Shown one piece after another: positions 19,045 to 30,181 of a stretch of 64,000 bases of DNA. The position numbers were made by a program, and so were the translations under genes. The notes beneath the pieces are model-generated. The model was not told the origin of the DNA. It saw only the letters and a program-made list of their open reading frames with translations, and ran no database searches. Source of the stretch: an uncultured Acidobacteriota bacterium (lineage in GTDB: Bacteria > Acidobacteriota > Vicinamibacteria > Fen-336); NCBI GenBank assembly GCA_963703985.1, contig CAVPGH010000001.1, forward strand, positions 1,122,746 to 1,186,745. Reading direction: 5' to 3'. Position 1 is the first letter of the stretch, and the number at the start of each line of letters is the position of its first letter.

Positions 19045-20271
19045 ATGCCCAGGGAACTGCTCGTCCTCATGACGCTCGCCGCCGCCCCCGCCGTCGCTGC
19101 TCCGCCCGAGCCGCTGGCCCTGACGAACGCGAACGTCGTGGACGTCCGGGACGGCAAGGTTCGGACGGGCGTCACCCTCGTCCTGCGCGACGGGAGGATC
19201 GAATCGATCGGTGCGGGAGCCGCTCCCGCCGGCGTGCGCGCGGTCAACCTGCGCGGGCGGTACGTGGTCCCCGGCCTCGTCGACGCCCACACCCACCTCG
19301 CCAGTTTCGCCGCGGCGCGGCTGGCCCTGGAGTCTGGAGTCACGACGGTGCGCAGCTCCGGCGTGTCCTACTACTTCGACGTGGGCTTCCGCGAGCTCGT
19401 CAAGAGGGGGGCCTTCGCCGGGCCCGACATGGTGGCGTCCGGCTACCACGTCCGGCCGCGGCTGGCGGAGGAGGCCTTCGTCAGCCACCCCTCGCTCTTC
19501 GAGCTGATGTCCGGCATCGACACCGCGGACGAGATCCGCCAGATGGTGAGGGCCAACCTCGCGGAGGGCGTCGACTGGATCAAGATCCTCGCCACCGAGC
19601 GCGCGGGCACCGCGGACACGGATCCCCGCAAGCAGGTCTACACGGAGGCGGAGCTCCGGGCGGCGGTGGACGAGGCGGCGGCGAAGGGTGTGCCCGTGCA
19701 GGCTCACGCCCACGGCGCGGAGGGCGCCCTCGCCGCGGTGCGGGCGGGGGTGCGCAGCATCGAGCACGGGACGTATCTCACCGACGAGACGCTGCGGCTC
19801 ATGAAGGAGAAGGGGACGTACTACGTCCCCACCTACACGACCGTGGTCGACCTCACGGAGCCGGGGGGCGACTACGACGTCCCCGCGCTGCGCCTCCGCG
19901 GGGAGCACATGCTGCCGCGGCTGCGCCAGTCCGTCCAGCACGCGCACCGGATCGGGGTCAAGATCGTGACCGGCGCCGACACCGGCTATGGTCCGGGCAG
20001 CTTGACGCGCATCTCCGTCGAGGTGACGAACCTCGTGGACATCGGCCTCACCCCGCTGGAAGCCCTTCGTAGCGCAACCTCCGTCGCCGCGGAGATGCTG
20101 GGGAAGGAGCGCTCGATCGGTGCCTTGGAGCCCGGGCTCGAGGCCGACCTCGTCGCGGTCGAGGGCGACCCGCTCCAGGATCCCCGGTCGCTTCAGGATC
20201 CGCTCCTGGTGGTGAGCAACGGCCGGGTGGCGCTCGATCGGCTGGAGTTCGGCAAGGGGACAACCTTCTAG
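19045..20271 (+). CDS. amidohydrolase-family metal-dependent hydrolase, secreted
   Basis: True start MPRELLVLMTLAAAPAVAAPPEP at 19045 (GGAGGG RBS); HTH metal motif GLVDAHTHL; amidohydrolase fold. Confidence 0.75.
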   Translation: MPRELLVLMTLAAAPAVAAPPEPLALTNANVVDVRDGKVRTGVTLVLRDGRIESIGAGAAPAGVRAVNLRGRYVVPGLVDAHTHLASFAAARLALESGVTTVRSSGVSYYFDVGFRELVKRGAFAGPDMVASGYHVRPRLAEEAFVSHPSLFELMSGIDTADEIRQMVRANLAEGVDWIKILATERAGTADTDPRKQVYTEAELRAAVDEAAAKGVPVQAHAHGAEGALAAVRAGVRSIEHGTYLTDETLRLMKEKGTYYVPTYTTVVDLTEPGGDYDVPALRLRGEHMLPRLRQSVQHAHRIGVKIVTGADTGYGPGSLTRISVEVTNLVDIGLTPLEALRSATSVAAEMLGKERSIGALEPGLEADLVAVEGDPLQDPRSLQDPLLVVSNGRVALDRLEFGKGTTF

Positions 20272-20343
20272 GTTGACGCCCCTCCGGAGGCCGGGCTATC
20301 GTCGGCCGGCCGCAGGGAACCTGCCGTCTTCGGGAGATGCGCG

Positions 20344-21585
20344 ATGCCCGTGAAGCCCTTCCAGCCGCAATACATGAAGATAGGCGTGCTCACCGCCGCC
20401 CTCCAGGAGCTGACCCCGCGCGCCGTCCGCGATCCCGATCCCGACCGGGCGATCGAGGACTGGGCGGCCTTCGCCCGCAAGGTGGGTGCCGACTACATGC
20501 AGCTCTCCGCCGCCCTGCACCCGAGCGAGAGCGACGTGCCCGCGGAGGCGATGCTGGATCCCGTGGCCAACACGCTGGACCTGCGCAAGCCCTTCGACAG
20601 GGAGCGGGCGAAGAGAGTGCGCGCCGCTCTCGAGATGAACCGCCTCGGCCTCTCGGACCTCGGCTACTTCGACAACATGCTCCACGACGAGCCGGCGGTC
20701 CGCAGGAAGAAGCACGACTTCATGAAGCGGGTGATGGACGCGGCTGTCCTCCTCGGGGTGGACGCGGTCTGCGGCTTCGTCGGACGCAACCAGAAGCTCT
20801 CGATGGACCAGAACCTCGTGGACTTCGCCGAGGTGTTCGTGCCGCTCCTCCAGTACGCCAGGGAGCGGGGCCTCGTCTATCGGGTGGAGCAGTGCCCGAT
20901 GCCGGGCTGGACCACGGGCGACAACTGGCACAACAACATCGCCTACGTGCCGGGGACGTGGATCGCCCTGCACCGCATCTGCGAGAAGCACGGTGTGGGC
21001 GACCGGTTCCGGATCCACTACGACCCCTCCCACGCGATCCTGATGGGCCAGGACACGCGCTCGCTCTTCCAGTACCTGAAGGACGAGGGCTACGACTTCC
21101 TGATCGGCGGCTTCCACGTGAAGGGCCAGGTGGTGGACGCCAAGGGCGTGTCCGGGTGGGGCTACGGGGGCCAGACCGTGGAGCGGGGCGACTGGAAGAA
21201 CGGGAAACCCTCGGAGAGTCCGGCGGACCAGGTCAACGCGTGGAAGAAGCAGACCGTGCTCTGCGAGCACGAGCTGCCGGGAACCGCGAAGCACGATCCC
21301 CTCGCCTACCTCCAGAACCGCACCGTGGACTGGCTCGACCACCAGCTCGCCGCCCGCGAGCTGCTGAAGCTGGACGTGGCCAACACCCACCTGGTGGTCG
21401 AGCACGAGTACCCGAAGGCGCGCATCCAGGACGCGGAGCGGCTCGCGCCCATCCTCGCGGGGTCGATCGCCTTCACCCGGAAGATCGACGAGGCGGCTGC
21501 GTGCATGTACGCGCTGCAGCACGAGGTCCTGGCCGCCCAGGGCATTCCCGCCCAGGGCCGTGGCCGCGAGGCCTACCGGAGCTGA
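20344..21585 (+). CDS. sugar phosphate isomerase/epimerase (xylose-isomerase-like TIM barrel)
   Basis: TIM-barrel metal-site motifs ([18 protein letters not shown]); 413 aa; directly upstream of the GMC gene. Confidence 0.7.
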   Translation: MPVKPFQPQYMKIGVLTAALQELTPRAVRDPDPDRAIEDWAAFARKVGADYMQLSAALHPSESDVPAEAMLDPVANTLDLRKPFDRERAKRVRAALEMNRLGLSDLGYFDNMLHDEPAVRRKKHDFMKRVMDAAVLLGVDAVCGFVGRNQKLSMDQNLVDFAEVFVPLLQYARERGLVYRVEQCPMPGWTTGDNWHNNIAYVPGTWIALHRICEKHGVGDRFRIHYDPSHAILMGQDTRSLFQYLKDEGYDFLIGGFHVKGQVVDAKGVSGWGYGGQTVERGDWKNGKPSESPADQVNAWKKQTVLCEHELPGTAKHDPLAYLQNRTVDWLDHQLAARELLKLDVANTHLVVEHEYPKARIQDAERLAPILAGSIAFTRKIDEAAACMYALQHEVLAAQGIPAQGRGREAYRS

Positions 21586-21594
21586 ACGGACCCC

Positions 21595-23288
21595 ATGCAG
21601 ATCGTGGCCAAGGCGAAGACGTACGACGTGTGCATCGTCGGCTCCGGCGCCGGAGGCGGCATGGCGGCCAAGGTCCTGGCCGAGGCGGGCGCCGATTGCG
21701 TGCTCCTCGAGGCGGGGCCGATGTGGGCGGCGAACAAGGACGGCGCGATGTTCAAGTGGAACTACGAGTCGCCGCGCCGCGGCGGCGGCTCGCGCCTCCG
21801 GCCCTTCGGCGAGTACGACGGCTGCATCGGGGGCTGGGACATCGAGGGCGAGCCCTACACCGTGGCCGAGGGCGATCGCTTCCTCTGGTTCCGCGGGCGG
21901 ATGCTCGGCGGGCGCACGAACCACTGGGGGCGGATCTCGCTGCGGGCGGGACCCTGGGACTTCAAGGGGAGGAGCCGCGACGGCCTCGGCGACGACTGGC
22001 CCATCGGCTACGATGACCTCAAGCCCTACTACGACCGGCTCGACGAGCTGGTCGGCCTCTACGGGTCGAACGAGGGGATCGAGAACGAGCCGGACGGGAT
22101 CTTCCAGCCGCCGCCCCCGCCACGGGCCTACGAGGGGCTCATCAAGAAGGCTTCCGACCAGCTCGGCGTTACCTGCATCCCGGCCCGGCGCTCCGTCCTC
22201 ACGAAGCCCCTGAACGGCCGGGCCCCCTGCCACTACTGCGGGCAGTGCCACCGCGGGTGCTCCACCGGCTCCAACTTCTCGACCCCGTCCGTGCTCCTTC
22301 CCCCCGCGCTCGCGACGGGACGCCTGACCCTCGTGACCGGGGCCATGGTCCGGGAGGTGCTGACGAACGAGGAGGGCCTGGCCACCGGCGTGTCGTACGT
22401 GGACACCGCCACCGGGCGCGAGCAGCAGGTGCGCGCCAAGATCGTGGTCCTTGCCGCCAGCGCCTGCGAGACCGCGCGTCTGCTCTTCAACTCGAAGTCG
22501 CCGCGGCATCCCGCCGGCCTCGCCAACTCCAGCGGCGCCGTCGGCCGCTACCTGACCGACACCACCGGCTCTCACCTGAGCGGCCACGTCCCCGCGCTCG
22601 AGGCCCTGCCTCCCTACAACGAAGACGGCACCGGAGGCATGCACGTCTACATGCCCTGGTGGCTGGACAACCGCACGCTCGACTTCCCGCGGGGCTACCA
22701 CATCGAGCCCTGGGGCGGCCGCTCGATGCCCGGGATCGGATTCATGGGCGGCATCCACCGCCTGCAGGGCGGCGGTTACGGGAAGAAGCTCAAGGACGAC
22801 TATCGCCGGCTCTACGGCTCGTTCGTCGGCTTCGCCGGCCGCGGCGAGATGATCCCCAACAAGGACTCGCTACTGCGAGATCGACCCGCGCGTGGTGGAC
22901 AAGTGGGGGATCCCCGTCCTGCGCTTCCACTGGAAGTGGTCGGACTACGAGCTCCTCCAGGCCCGGCACATGCAAGAGACGTTCGTCCGCATCATCGAGG
23001 CCATGGGGGGCAAGGTGATGGGCGACGTGCCCGGCCGGGCCGAGGAGTACGGCCTGAAGGTCGGGGGCGAGATCATCCACGAGGCGGGCACCACGCGCAT
23101 GGGCACGAGCCCGCTGCACCTCGGTCCTGAACGAGTGGTGCCAGGCCCACGACTGCAAGAACGTGTTCGTGGCGGACAGCGGGCCCTTCGTCAGCAACGC
23201 CCACAAGAACATGACCTGGACGATCCTCGCCCTCTCCATGCGGACGAGCGAGCACATCGTCGAGGAGCGACGGAAGGGGAACCTCTGA
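21595..23288 (+). CDS. GMC-family FAD oxidoreductase (glycoside 3-dehydrogenase-like catalytic subunit); two apparent +1 frameshifts
   Basis: N-terminal FAD motif [23 protein letters not shown]. Homology continues in a second frame from about 22866 ([19 protein letters not shown]...) and a third frame from about 23120 ([56 protein letters not shown]), matching the intact paralog at 58014-59708. Stop TGA overlaps the next gene's ATG. Confidence 0.7.
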
Positions 23289-23943
23289 TGAGCGAGATCG
23301 CACGACGTTCGGCCCTGCGCCTGATCGGGGGCGCGCCCCTCGCCGCGGGCTTCGGTCTGGGCGGGGGCGGGGGCGGCGCGGCGCCGGGGAGCAGGCGGCG
23401 AAGGCGGTGGCCGCCTCCCGCCAGGGCGTCGTCTACAAGCCGAGGTTCTTCACCGCCCACGAGTGGGAGACGGTGCGCGTGCTCGTGGACCTGATCCTCC
23501 CGCGCGACGAGCGGTCGGGCAGCGCCACCGACGCGGGCGTGCCCGAGTTCATGGACTTCTTCCTGACCGATCCCTACGAGGACGATCGCTCCCGCGAGAG
23601 CCGCCAGACCGCGATGCGGGGAGGCCTCGCCTGGATCGACGCGGAGTGCCGGCGCCGCTTCGGGGGCAAGGACTTCACGGAGTGCGCGGCACGCCGAGCA
23701 AGCCGCGCTCCTCGACGACATCGCCTACTGGAAGGGCGACGAGGAGGACGACCGGGCGATGCGCGACCGGGGCCCGCACGTCCTCCTGCGCCACGGCCCC
23801 AACTTCTTCAATTCCTTCCGGGACCTCACGGCCTCGGGCTTCTGGAGCAGCAAGATGGGCGTCGAAGATCTCGGCTACAAAGGCAACACGTTCGTCGTGG
23901 AGTTCCAGCCCCCGCCCGCGGAGGTCCTGCGCAAGCTCGGGCT
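23288..23943 (+). CDS. gluconate-2-dehydrogenase subunit-3-family small subunit (Tat signal), frameshifted
   Basis: [25 protein letters not shown] twin-arginine signal, then a frame change to ...AKAVAASRQGVVYKPRFFTAHEWETVRVLVDLILP..., and another to ...EQAALLDDIAYWKGDEEDDRAMRDRGPHVLLRHGPNFFNSFRDLTASGFWSSKMGVEDLGYKGNTFVVEF. No stop before the downstream DUF1080 ORF. Confidence 0.55.
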
Positions 23944-24694
23944 CGTGGTCGCGCTCGTCGCCTTCCTGGGGCCGGCGGCGGTTCGCGCCGCCGACGTCGG
24001 CAACTGGCCCATCCACGACCGCACCCGTCCCGCCCCGAAGGCGGTCGATCCGGGCACCGCCAGCACGCAGGAGCAGCCAGGCAAGCCGCCCTCGGACGCG
24101 ACCGTGCTCTTCGGCGGGAAGGACCTCTCGCTCTGGAAGTCCAAGAAGGACGGCGGCCCCGCCAAGTGGAAGGTGGAGAACGGCTACATGGAAGTCGTGA
24201 AGGGAACGGGCTACATCGAAACGGCCCAGGGCTTCGGCGACTGCCAGCTCCACGTGGAGTGGATGGCCCCTTCGCCGCCGGTGGGCCAGGACCAGGACCG
24301 CGGCAACAGCGGCGTCTTCCTGATGGGCCAGTACGAGGTGCAGGTGGTCGACTCCTATGAGAGCGCGACCTATCCCGACGGCCAGGCCGCGGCCCTCTAC
24401 GGTCAGTACCCGCCCCTCGTCAACGCCTCGCGTCCGCCCGGCCAGTGGCAGACCTACGACATCGTCTTCCACGCGCCGCGCTTCGACGCCGAGGGGAAGG
24501 TGACGCGGCCGGCGCGGGTGACCGTCCTGCACAACGGGGTGCTCGTGCAGGACGACGCGGAGCTCACCGGCCCTACGGCGCACAAGGCGCGCCCGCCCTA
24601 CACGGCCCACCCCGCGAAGCTGCCCCTCGCCCTGCAGGACCACGACCACCCGGTCCGCTATCGGAACATCTGGGTCCGGGAGCTGGCGGAGTAG
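23944..24694 (+). CDS. DUF1080 (3-keto-disaccharide-hydrolase-like, laminin-G jellyroll) protein
   Basis: Putative GTG start giving signal peptide VVALVAFLGPAAVRAADV; WKVENGYMEVVKGTGYIETAQGFGDCQLHVEW...NSGVFLMGQYEVQV...LPLALQDHDHPVRYRNIWVRELAE is characteristic of DUF1080. It is in frame with the upstream small-subunit ORF without an intervening stop. Confidence 0.65.
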
Positions 24695-24741
24695 GAGCCG
24701 CAGATACCGTCACGCGGGAGGGCTCGGCCGGAGATCGAGCG

Positions 24742-25964
24742 CTAGCGCGGGGTCCGCGCCGCCGGCCGCGCCTGCGCGGACCGCTTCTCGATCAGGAACG
24801 CCGCGAGGTCGGCCATGTCGCCGGGCCCGAAGCGTGGCCAGAGCACGCCCAACTTGCGCGATTCCTCTTCCATTTTCGGCGCGTGGTTCCACATCGCCGC
24901 GATGATGGCGATGGGGTCGTCGAGCTGGGGCACCTCGGCCAGGTTCGGCCCCAAGGCCGCGGCGGTGTGGCACCGCGAGCAGCGTTCCTCGAAGAGGCGG
25001 GCGCCGCGAGAGGGCGTGCCGCGAACGTCGGCGTAGTTCACGAAGTAGAGGTAGGCGATGATGTCCGCCATCTGCTCGCCCGAGAACTTGGTGTGGCTGA
25101 TCCCGCGGCGGGCGAACTCCGCGACCATCCCCTGGCCGTGGTTCCACATGACGCCGGCGATGGCCGATACCGAACCGATCAGCTCCCGGCGTCGCGTCCC
25201 GAGCTCGGGGCCGCCCCGGCCGCCCGTCCCGCCAACCGAGTGGCAGGCGTCGCAGCGCTTCGCGGCGAACAGGTCACGACCGCGCCGCGGGCTGCCGGGC
25301 TCGAAATACACGGGCTCGGCGCGACCCCACGTTGCCTGCCTGCAGGTAGCCGAGCAGGTCGCCCATCTCCCGACCCGCGAACCTGGGCCAGGGGATGCTC
25401 TGTCCCCGCATCAGCTTGGCCATCTCGGGCCCATGGTTCCACATCGCCTGGGCCAGGAAGATGGGCGAGAAGCGCCCCCGGTAGCGGTCCAGGCTCGGCC
25501 CGGGCTTGTCCCAGGAGTCGCCGCCTCCGTGACAGCTGCACGCATCCCTTGGAGACGAAGACGGCATGGCCCGCCGCGGGATTCGCCGGCTCCCCGACTT
25601 CGGTCAGGTAGTAGCGGTAGGCCGTGAGGAAGGCGACGAGGTCGGCCATCTCGCGGCTCGTCATCGTCGGCGCGGGGATCTTGAGGTCCTGCATCTTCTC
25701 CCGCATCACCGGAGAGTGGTTCCAGAAGGCGCCGGCGATGTCGAGCACCGTCCCCGTCAGGTGAATGCGTCCGAGGTCGGGCCCGACGCGCGCCTCCTCC
25801 CCGCCCAGCGAGTGGCAACGGACGCAGGCCTTCGTCACGAAGAGCCGCGCGCCGGCCGTCGGGTTGTTCGGCAGCTCGACCGAAAGGCGCACCGAGGGCT
25901 CCTCGGCCGCCGAGACGACACTCAGGCCGAGCAGGGCCACCGAGCCCAGGAGCCGGGCGCGCAT
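24742..25964 (-). CDS. c-type cytochrome of four tandem homologous monoheme domains (frameshifted)
   Basis: Signal peptide MRARLLGSVALLGLSVVSAAEE. Four repeats each carrying G.RLF...C..CH (CVRCH, C.SCH, CDACH, CSRCH), (A/V)xWNHxPxM, and MADLxAFL. Reading-frame changes at about 25570 and about 25320; the ATG overlaps the NrfD stop (TGATG). Confidence 0.6.
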
Positions 25965-27274
25965 CAGGCACCCACCTCGGCCATCTCTGCACCGGGGTGG
26001 TCGGCCCGCGTCCTGCGGCGCCGCCTCCTCCAGCTCCCAGATCGAGATGATCGGAAACAGCTTCGTGAACCCCATGTACAGCAGCGCGAAAGCCGCAAAG
26101 CAGCCCGCCATCAGCGACCACTCGACCCAGCTCGGCGCGTATCCGAAGCCGTGGATCGGCGCCCGCGGGTTCGAGAGCGACGGCACCACGATCGTGAAGC
26201 GCTCGAGCCACATCCCGATGTTGACCGAGATCGACGCCACCACGGTCCCCGCCACCGTGCGCGTCTTGTTGTTGGCCAGGATCACGAACGGGATCACGAA
26301 GCAGAAGACGAACATCGCCCAGAAGTAGGGGGCGAAGTGGCCCGAGAACTTGGCGTCGAAGACCGCGATCTCGTTGGGCTCGTGCGCGTACCAGGTCGTC
26401 AGGTACTCCGCGAAGGTGAAGTACAGCCACAGGCACGCCATCACGCAGCAGCAGCAGCCCGAGGTTGTTGAAGTGGATCGGCTTGCAGGTAGGCCTCGAG
26501 CCGGTACACCTTCCGGACGATCACCATCGCCGTGATGATGGCCGCGATCCCGGAGAAGATCGCCCCGACCACGAAGTACGGCCCGAAGATCGTGGAGTGC
26601 CACATCGGCTGGATCGTCATGGCGAACACCCACGACACCACGGTGTGCACGGAGACGGCGATCGGAATCACCAGGATCGCCATCACGCCGATGGCTCGCT
26701 CGAGGCGGTGCCATTGCTGCGGCGTGCCCGTCCAACCGAGCGACAGCCGTCGCGTAGAACCGGTGGCGCCAGCCTCGCCGTCCGATCGCGCAGCAGCGCG
26801 ATGTCCGGGATCAGCGGGCAGGTACAGGTAGAGGCTGCTGGCGGTGAGATAGACGCTGATGCTGGCCACGTCCCACAGCAGCGGCGAGCGGAAGTGCGGG
26901 TGCAGGATGACGTTCAGGGCGCGATCCGGCCGCCCCAGGTCCAGCAGCACGTTGCCGACGCCGAAGAAGAGCACCAGGACGGTGATCACCTCGGCCATCC
27001 GCGTGATCGGCCGGCGCCACTCGGCCTGAACGATGCGCAGGATCGCCGAGATCAGCGTCCCGGCGTGAGAGACGCCGATGAAGAAGACGAAGTTGGTGAT
27101 GTAGAGCCCCCAGTACACCGGCCGGCCGAGCCCGGTGGCTCCGAGGCCATGGATGAGCTGCCACGACCAGGCCATGACCGCCCAGGCGACCACGGCCGCC
27201 AGGCCGAGGGCCCATCGCCTGAAGGAAGGCCCCGTCGTCAGGACCGGCTCGAGGATGGCCGTGCTCTCCCTGCA
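25964..27274 (-). CDS. NrfD/PsrC-family integral membrane quinone-interacting subunit (frameshifted)
   Basis: Pieces in three frames: PSFRRWALGLAAVVAWAVMAWSWQLIHGLGATGLGRPVYWGLYITNFVFFIGVSHAGTLISAILR... and ...LWLYFTFAEYLTTWYAHEPNEIAVFDAKF...GMWLERFTIVVPSL...: polytopic NrfD-like. ATG at 27274 is 2 nt after the FeS-gene stop. Confidence 0.65.
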
Positions 27275-27276
27275 TG

Positions 27277-27956
27277 GCTACTCGCCCTCGCGCAGGTAGA
27301 CCACCTTGGGTCGCGTGCCCAGCTCCTCCATGAAGCGGAAGGCGCGTGCGCTCTCCACCAGCGGGGCGACGGGGTCGTGCGGATCGTCGAGATCGCCGAA
27401 GACCAGGGCCTCGGCGGGACAGGTCTGGACGCAGGCCGGCACGTAGTCGTCCGGCGCCAGCTCGCGCCCCGCCGCGCGCGGCGCGCTCGCGTGCCAGCAT
27501 CAAGCGGTGATGACAGAACGTGCACTTCTCGACGACGCCCTTGGGCCGCACCGACACGTCCGGGTTCATCATCGAAGCCATCGACTCGGGCCACTCCGGC
27601 GTGGTCCAGGTGAAGACCTTGACGGCGTAGGGACAGGCGTTGGTGCAGTAACGGCAACCGATGCAGCGCGGATAGACCTGCGCGACGATGCCTTCGGGGT
27701 TCAGGTAGGTGGCGCTCGTCGGACAGACGTCCACGCACGGCGGCCGATCGCAGTGCTGGCACATCAGCGGAAGCACGGCGGCCCCGGCGCGGCCCGGCAC
27801 CTCGGCCGGCACGAGCTGCAGCCAGGTCATGAGGCGGCCCTCGGCCGCGACCTCCGGCATCGAGAACGGCACGTTGTTCTCGTGCTTGCAGGCGACCACG
27901 CACGCCTGACAGCCGGTGCAACGGTCCAGATCGACGACCAGGCCCCAGCGCGACAC
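27277..27956 (-). CDS. 4Fe-4S ferredoxin-type subunit (PsrB/NrfC/ActB2-like), one frameshift
   Basis: GTG start with AGGAGG RBS; four Cys clusters (CTGCQACVVACK, CQHCDRPPCVDVCP, CIGCRYCTNACP, CTFCHH); after about 27460 the C-terminus continues in another frame (ELAPDDYVPACVQTCPAEALVFGDLDDPHDPVAPLVE...VVYLREGE*). Confidence 0.75.
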
Positions 27957-27966
27957 GAGATGCCTC

Positions 27967-30181
27967 CTAGGCGCGCGTGACGCGCACCATCAAATCCCCG
28001 CCGACGGGCGACGTCGTCCGCGAGCAGGCGCAGGTCCGAAGCGATTTTGCGCGCCCAGCGACCGCTCCCCGGGACGGCCGGCACGAAGGCGAGCGCGACC
28101 GAGTCGGCGGGCATCTTCTCGACCAGGACCGCCACCGCCTCCACCGCGCCCCGCGGCGAGACGATCCGGATGCGGGCGCCCGCCCCGACCGCCAGCGCGC
28201 GCGCGGTCTCGGGGCTCAGCTCGGCCCAGGCCTGCCACGGCGCGCCGTCCGGCTGGCCGAGCAGCTCGAAGAGCGCGGGCTGGTTGGGGCTGCCCCGGTC
28301 GGTGACGAGGGCCGGCTTGAACGGAACGAGGCGCAGGGGATACTCGGCGGCCCCGACCCGCGCCGACGAGCGCCCGGCGGCCGCTTTCGCCAAGGCCACG
28401 GCCGGCGATGAAAGGCGCAGGCCCGCGCGGGCGCGCAGCGATTCACGGACCCGCCCCGGGGTGACGTACGGGTCGGCCCAGCCGCCGGCCTCCACCACCG
28501 CCGCGGCGAACGCTTCGCGGGATGGCGCCGGGGCGACCCACCAGCCGCCCTTTTCGAGCTGCCGCACCCATTCGGTTTCGTAGAGGTCCGAATAGGGAGC
28601 GCCGCGCCTCAGGCCACAGAGCCGCTCCAGCTCGTCGTGAACGACGTCGTCCGAGGCCGTCCATGGGCACGCGCCGGCGAGCGGCTCGCCCGCGCCGACC
28701 GCGACGTCCTTGAGCAGAGAGGCCGCGTCCTTCGTGGACAGCAGCGGCTTGACGGCCGGCTTGGCGATGGCCACCGCTTCGAGGGCAGCGGCCTGAGCCG
28801 GCAGCGTGGCGTGCCAGCTCTCGAGAGCCGTGTGCGTTGGCATCAGCAGGTCGGCGATCGCCGCGGCTTCGTCGAGGAAGGGGGAGAAGCTCACGACGAG
28901 GTCCGTCGGCCGCAGCGCCGCCCCCAGGTTGCGCGGCGATGCCAGCGCGCGCAGCGCCGAGGCGTCCCGGAAGGCCAGGATCGCGGGACGGATCCGGCCC
29001 TCGGCGACCTCCCGCAGCGTCGTCGTCGCGTCTTCCACCTCGGCGGCCGGGCGCCGGGGCGCGCAGGTCACGCCGCCCGCCCGGTCGAACGCGCCGATGA
29101 GCGCATTGAGGGCGAAGACCGCCTCGACCAGGGAACGGTCGGCATCCGCCGCCACCACCGCCAGCGGTCTGGCGCTGCTGGCCAGCTCGCGGGCCAGCCG
29201 GAGCACCGTCACCACCGGCACACCGGTCACCGAAGCGACGTCGTCGGGCGTGTAGTTGGCGGCCACCTCGCGCTCGAAAGCGGCGAGGTCGCCCCCCAGG
29301 TCGTCGAGGAACGCGCGGTTGACGCGGTTCTCGCGCAGCAGGACGTAGGCGATGCCGTAGGCGAGCACGGCCTGCCTTTCGGAATGGACCGCGAGCCACT
29401 CGTCGGCCTTGCGCGCCGTCATCGAGCGGCGGGGCTCGATCTGGACCAGCCTTCCCCGCGCGCCGGATCCGCGCCGGAAGCGGCCGTAGCTGCGCTGGGT
29501 CCAGACTCCCGACAGCCAGTCCTCGGCGACCGGCGCGCCGAACGACAGCACGTAGCTGGCGTGCTCCAGGTCGAAGAGCGGATCCGCGGAGACGCCGGTC
29601 AAGGCCCGGAAGGCAGGGCCGAGCCGGGCCGCGCTAGCGGCCCGCGTCCACACGACCCGGGCGCCCGCCGCCGTCCAGAAGCGCGTCCAGGCGTCGGCCA
29701 AAGGCCCCTCTTCTTCGGAAGCGAGGGCAAGCACGCCTTGGCGCCCACCGCCGGCATCCCGCAGTCGCGATGCCAGGAGGGCGATCGCGGCGTCCCACGT
29801 GATCGGCTCCCACTGCCCTTCGCCTCTCTTCCCCACGCGTCGAGCGGGGCCCACCAGACGGTCGGGGTCGAAGTAGGACTCGAGCGATGCCTGGCCCTTC
29901 GCGCACAGCCGCCCGCGCGAGACGGGGCAGAGCGGGTTGCCCTCCAGCTTGACCGGCGCGCCGTCCATCAGCCGTACGCGGATCCCGCAGGCCGCCGGGC
30001 ACTCGCGACAGACGCTCGTGGCCCAGCTCTCGACGCCTCGTCCCCGCCAGCCGGCGGCGCGCTCGTCGGCGCGCGCGAGCTGTCGACGGCCCAGCTCCCC
30101 GAGCGTGATGCCGGCGAGGGTCGCGCCCCCGTAGACCAGGAAGTCCCGGCGGCTCAGCGATTGGTCGCTCATCGATGGCAC
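27967..30181 (-). CDS. molybdopterin-oxidoreductase-family catalytic-like subunit (PsrA/ActB1-like), Tat-exported
   Basis: MSDQSLSRRDFLVYGGATLAGI Tat signal; N-terminal FeS motif CRECPAACGIRVRL...CPVSRGRLCAKGQA; about 735 aa. The ORF-track frame runs on to 27827, but the likely true end is ...GDLMVRVTRA* in another frame (stop at about 27967) just before the FeS-gene RBS. Confidence 0.75.

Noticed and set aside
20296-22758. 820-aa minus ORF and 20337-22016 + ORF
   Set aside because: Antisense or out of frame to the isomerase and GMC genes, which have clear motifs.
23407-24360. 317-aa + ORF read as a single protein
   Set aside because: Only its first about 100 residues (AASRQGVVYKPRFFTAHEWETV...) are genuine small-subunit sequence in a shifted frame; the remainder is out of frame across the DUF1080 gene.
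27238-27921. 227-aa minus ORF
   Set aside because: A third frame across the FeS gene; the real C-terminus of the FeS subunit is in yet another frame (ends YLREGE*).
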